Part shown: positions 62,780 to 64,000 of the stretch, piece after piece
Layout: each line of letters opens with the position of its first letter
Numbering within the stretch: the stretch's first letter is position 1
NCBI GenBank assembly: GCA_965230925.1
Contig: OZ246403.1
Coordinates: 530,230 to 594,229, forward strand
Reading direction: 5' to 3'
Source of the DNA: an uncultured Candidatus Saccharibacteria bacterium
GTDB lineage: Bacteria; Patescibacteriota; Minisyncoccia; Phycocordibacterales; JACOZG01
Length of the DNA: 64,000 nt
The notes under the pieces: generated by a model
Databases searched by the model: none
The model's input: the letters and a program-made list of their open reading frames with translations, nothing else
Told to the model about the DNA's origin: nothing
Program-made: the position numbers and the translations under genes

Positions 62780-63394
62780 ATGATTATTACCTACCACGGC
62801 GGGGGGCTTATTAAGGCCCAATTAGGAGATAAAATTGTCGCTTTCAATCCAATCGGCAAGGATGCCGACGAGAAGCCAGTGCGCTTTGGGGCCAATTTGG
62901 TTCTCGTTTCGCTCAACCATCCGCTTTATAACGGCGTAGAGTTTATGGCGCACGGGTCAAAGACACCCCTGGTGATCGATGGTCCGGGAGAATATGAGGC
63001 TGATGAGGTTTTTGTTAGAGGTTTACTTTCTGCTGGACCGGAGGGGAAGATTAACACTATTTACTCAGTGCTTTTTGAAGACATTCGCCTGGTTCATCTT
63101 GGTGCCTTGGTGGAGTCGAAGCTCGATGATAAAATCCGCGAGGCGATTGGTGTAGTGGAAATCTTGTTTGTTCCAGTGGGTGATGGTCGCTTGGTGCCGG
63201 CTGAAGCCGCCAAGCTCGCTCTTTCCTTCTCGCCCAAGGTGATTATTCCGGTTGATTATGCGGGCGACAATAAGGCGCTTCAGGCTTTTCTTAAAGAAAT
63301 TGGTAATAGTTCTGAGACTTTAGATAAACTGACAATAAAGAAGAAAGATCTTGTTACCGAAGAAGTAAAAACAGTTGTGCTCAAAGTGTCATGA
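62780..63394 (+). CDS. MBL-fold metallo-hydrolase-like protein (metal ligands partly degenerate)
   Basis: MIITY.G, IDGPGEYE, NTIY, HLG, ILFVPVG, PKVIIP. Confidence 0.8.
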   Translation: MIITYHGGGLIKAQLGDKIVAFNPIGKDADEKPVRFGANLVLVSLNHPLYNGVEFMAHGSKTPLVIDGPGEYEADEVFVRGLLSAGPEGKINTIYSVLFEDIRLVHLGALVESKLDDKIREAIGVVEILFVPVGDGRLVPAEAAKLALSFSPKVIIPVDYAGDNKALQAFLKEIGNSSETLDKLTIKKKDLVTEEVKTVVLKVS

Positions 63395-63618
63395 AAGAAT
63401 ATCTAGATCAATTGCGAGCTAAGCCAGAGTCGAGCCGTCGGCGGATCGCCTTTTTTACTTCGCTTGCGTTTACTCTTTTAATTGGGGGAGTTTGGCTTAC
63501 TAATTTGCGATTTTCTGAGAAGGCGCTTGTCGCCAAGAATAATCAAGACTCTCGTGGTGCTATTGAGCGTATTCGGGCTGGGTGGGAATCGATTACGGCG
63601 TCGGTAATTAAGAAATAA
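63391..63618 (+). CDS. Small membrane protein, hypothetical
   Basis: ATGA overlap; LR.KPE..RRRIAF + TM. Confidence 0.7.
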   Translation: MKEYLDQLRAKPESSRRRIAFFTSLAFTLLIGGVWLTNLRFSEKALVAKNNQDSRGAIERIRAGWESITASVIKK

Positions 63619-63619
63619 T

Positions 63620-64000
63620 ATGGCTGAAGAAACTCGAGATAAAGTTATTCCGATTGATATTGTGACCGAGATGAAGGACTCGTATCTCGACTATTCGATG
63701 AGCGTGATTGTGGATCGCGCTTTGCCCGATGTCCGCGATGGTCTTAAGCCCGTACACCGGCGTTTGCTCTACGCCATGCACGAGCTCGGACTATATTCTA
63801 AGTCACGTTTCCGTAAATCAGCGCTCGTGGTGGGTGATGTGCTCGGTAAATATCATCCGCATGGTGATCCGGCTTGTTACGGTGCCTTGGTCCGGTTGGC
63901 TCAAGATTTCTCAATGCGTTACCCGCTCGTGACGGGCCAAGGAAACTTCGGTTCGGTTGACGGCGATTCGGCGGCGGCGATGCGTTATACCGAGGTTAAA
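63620..64000 (+). CDS. gyrA: DNA gyrase subunit A (3'-partial)
   Basis: [53 protein letters not shown]. Confidence 0.96.
   Translation, partial: MAEETRDKVIPIDIVTEMKDSYLDYSMSVIVDRALPDVRDGLKPVHRRLLYAMHELGLYSKSRFRKSALVVGDVLGKYHPHGDPACYGALVRLAQDFSMRYPLVTGQGNFGSVDGDSAAAMRYTEVK

Noticed and set aside
1-64000. CRISPR array, prophage or full-length IS
   Set aside because: No regularly spaced repeats and no cas, integrase, transposase or phage structural ORFs recognised

Overview
Compact, gene-dense bacterial chromosome window that looks like a Patescibacteria/CPR (Parcubacteria-type) genome. This is inferred from the gene order ftsZ-ftsA-ybeY-rpsU-hisS-lepB-pth-rpsA-MBL-gyrA, short housekeeping proteins and membrane-tethered secreted proteins. 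The left ~38 kb is accessory and surface-related: (1) one Liv-type ABC operon (livH, livM, livG, livF) interleaved with TEN divergent membrane-anchored substrate-binding proteins, plus a four-helix-bundle gene flanked by inverted heptamer arrays; (2) a rare tRNA-Ile(UAU); (3) three secreted proteins sharing a C-terminal Ig-like + dockerin-like module, around an ECF sigma/putative anti-sigma pair whose junction is interrupted by a 65-bp MITE-like element; (4) HAF-repeat and Kelch-like propellers and two large tandem PKD/LVIVD proteins. The right ~26 kb is mostly core: nrdJ, rnpB, murJ, lepA, valS, tsaD, trxB-like, ftsZ/ftsA, hisS, lepB, pth, rpsA, partial gyrA and six more tRNAs. Many genes have a -10 box 6-7 nt before the start codon, which suggests leaderless mRNAs. 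I saw no CRISPR array, prophage, transposase or reverse transcriptase. All calls come from reading motifs by eye; no database searches were run.
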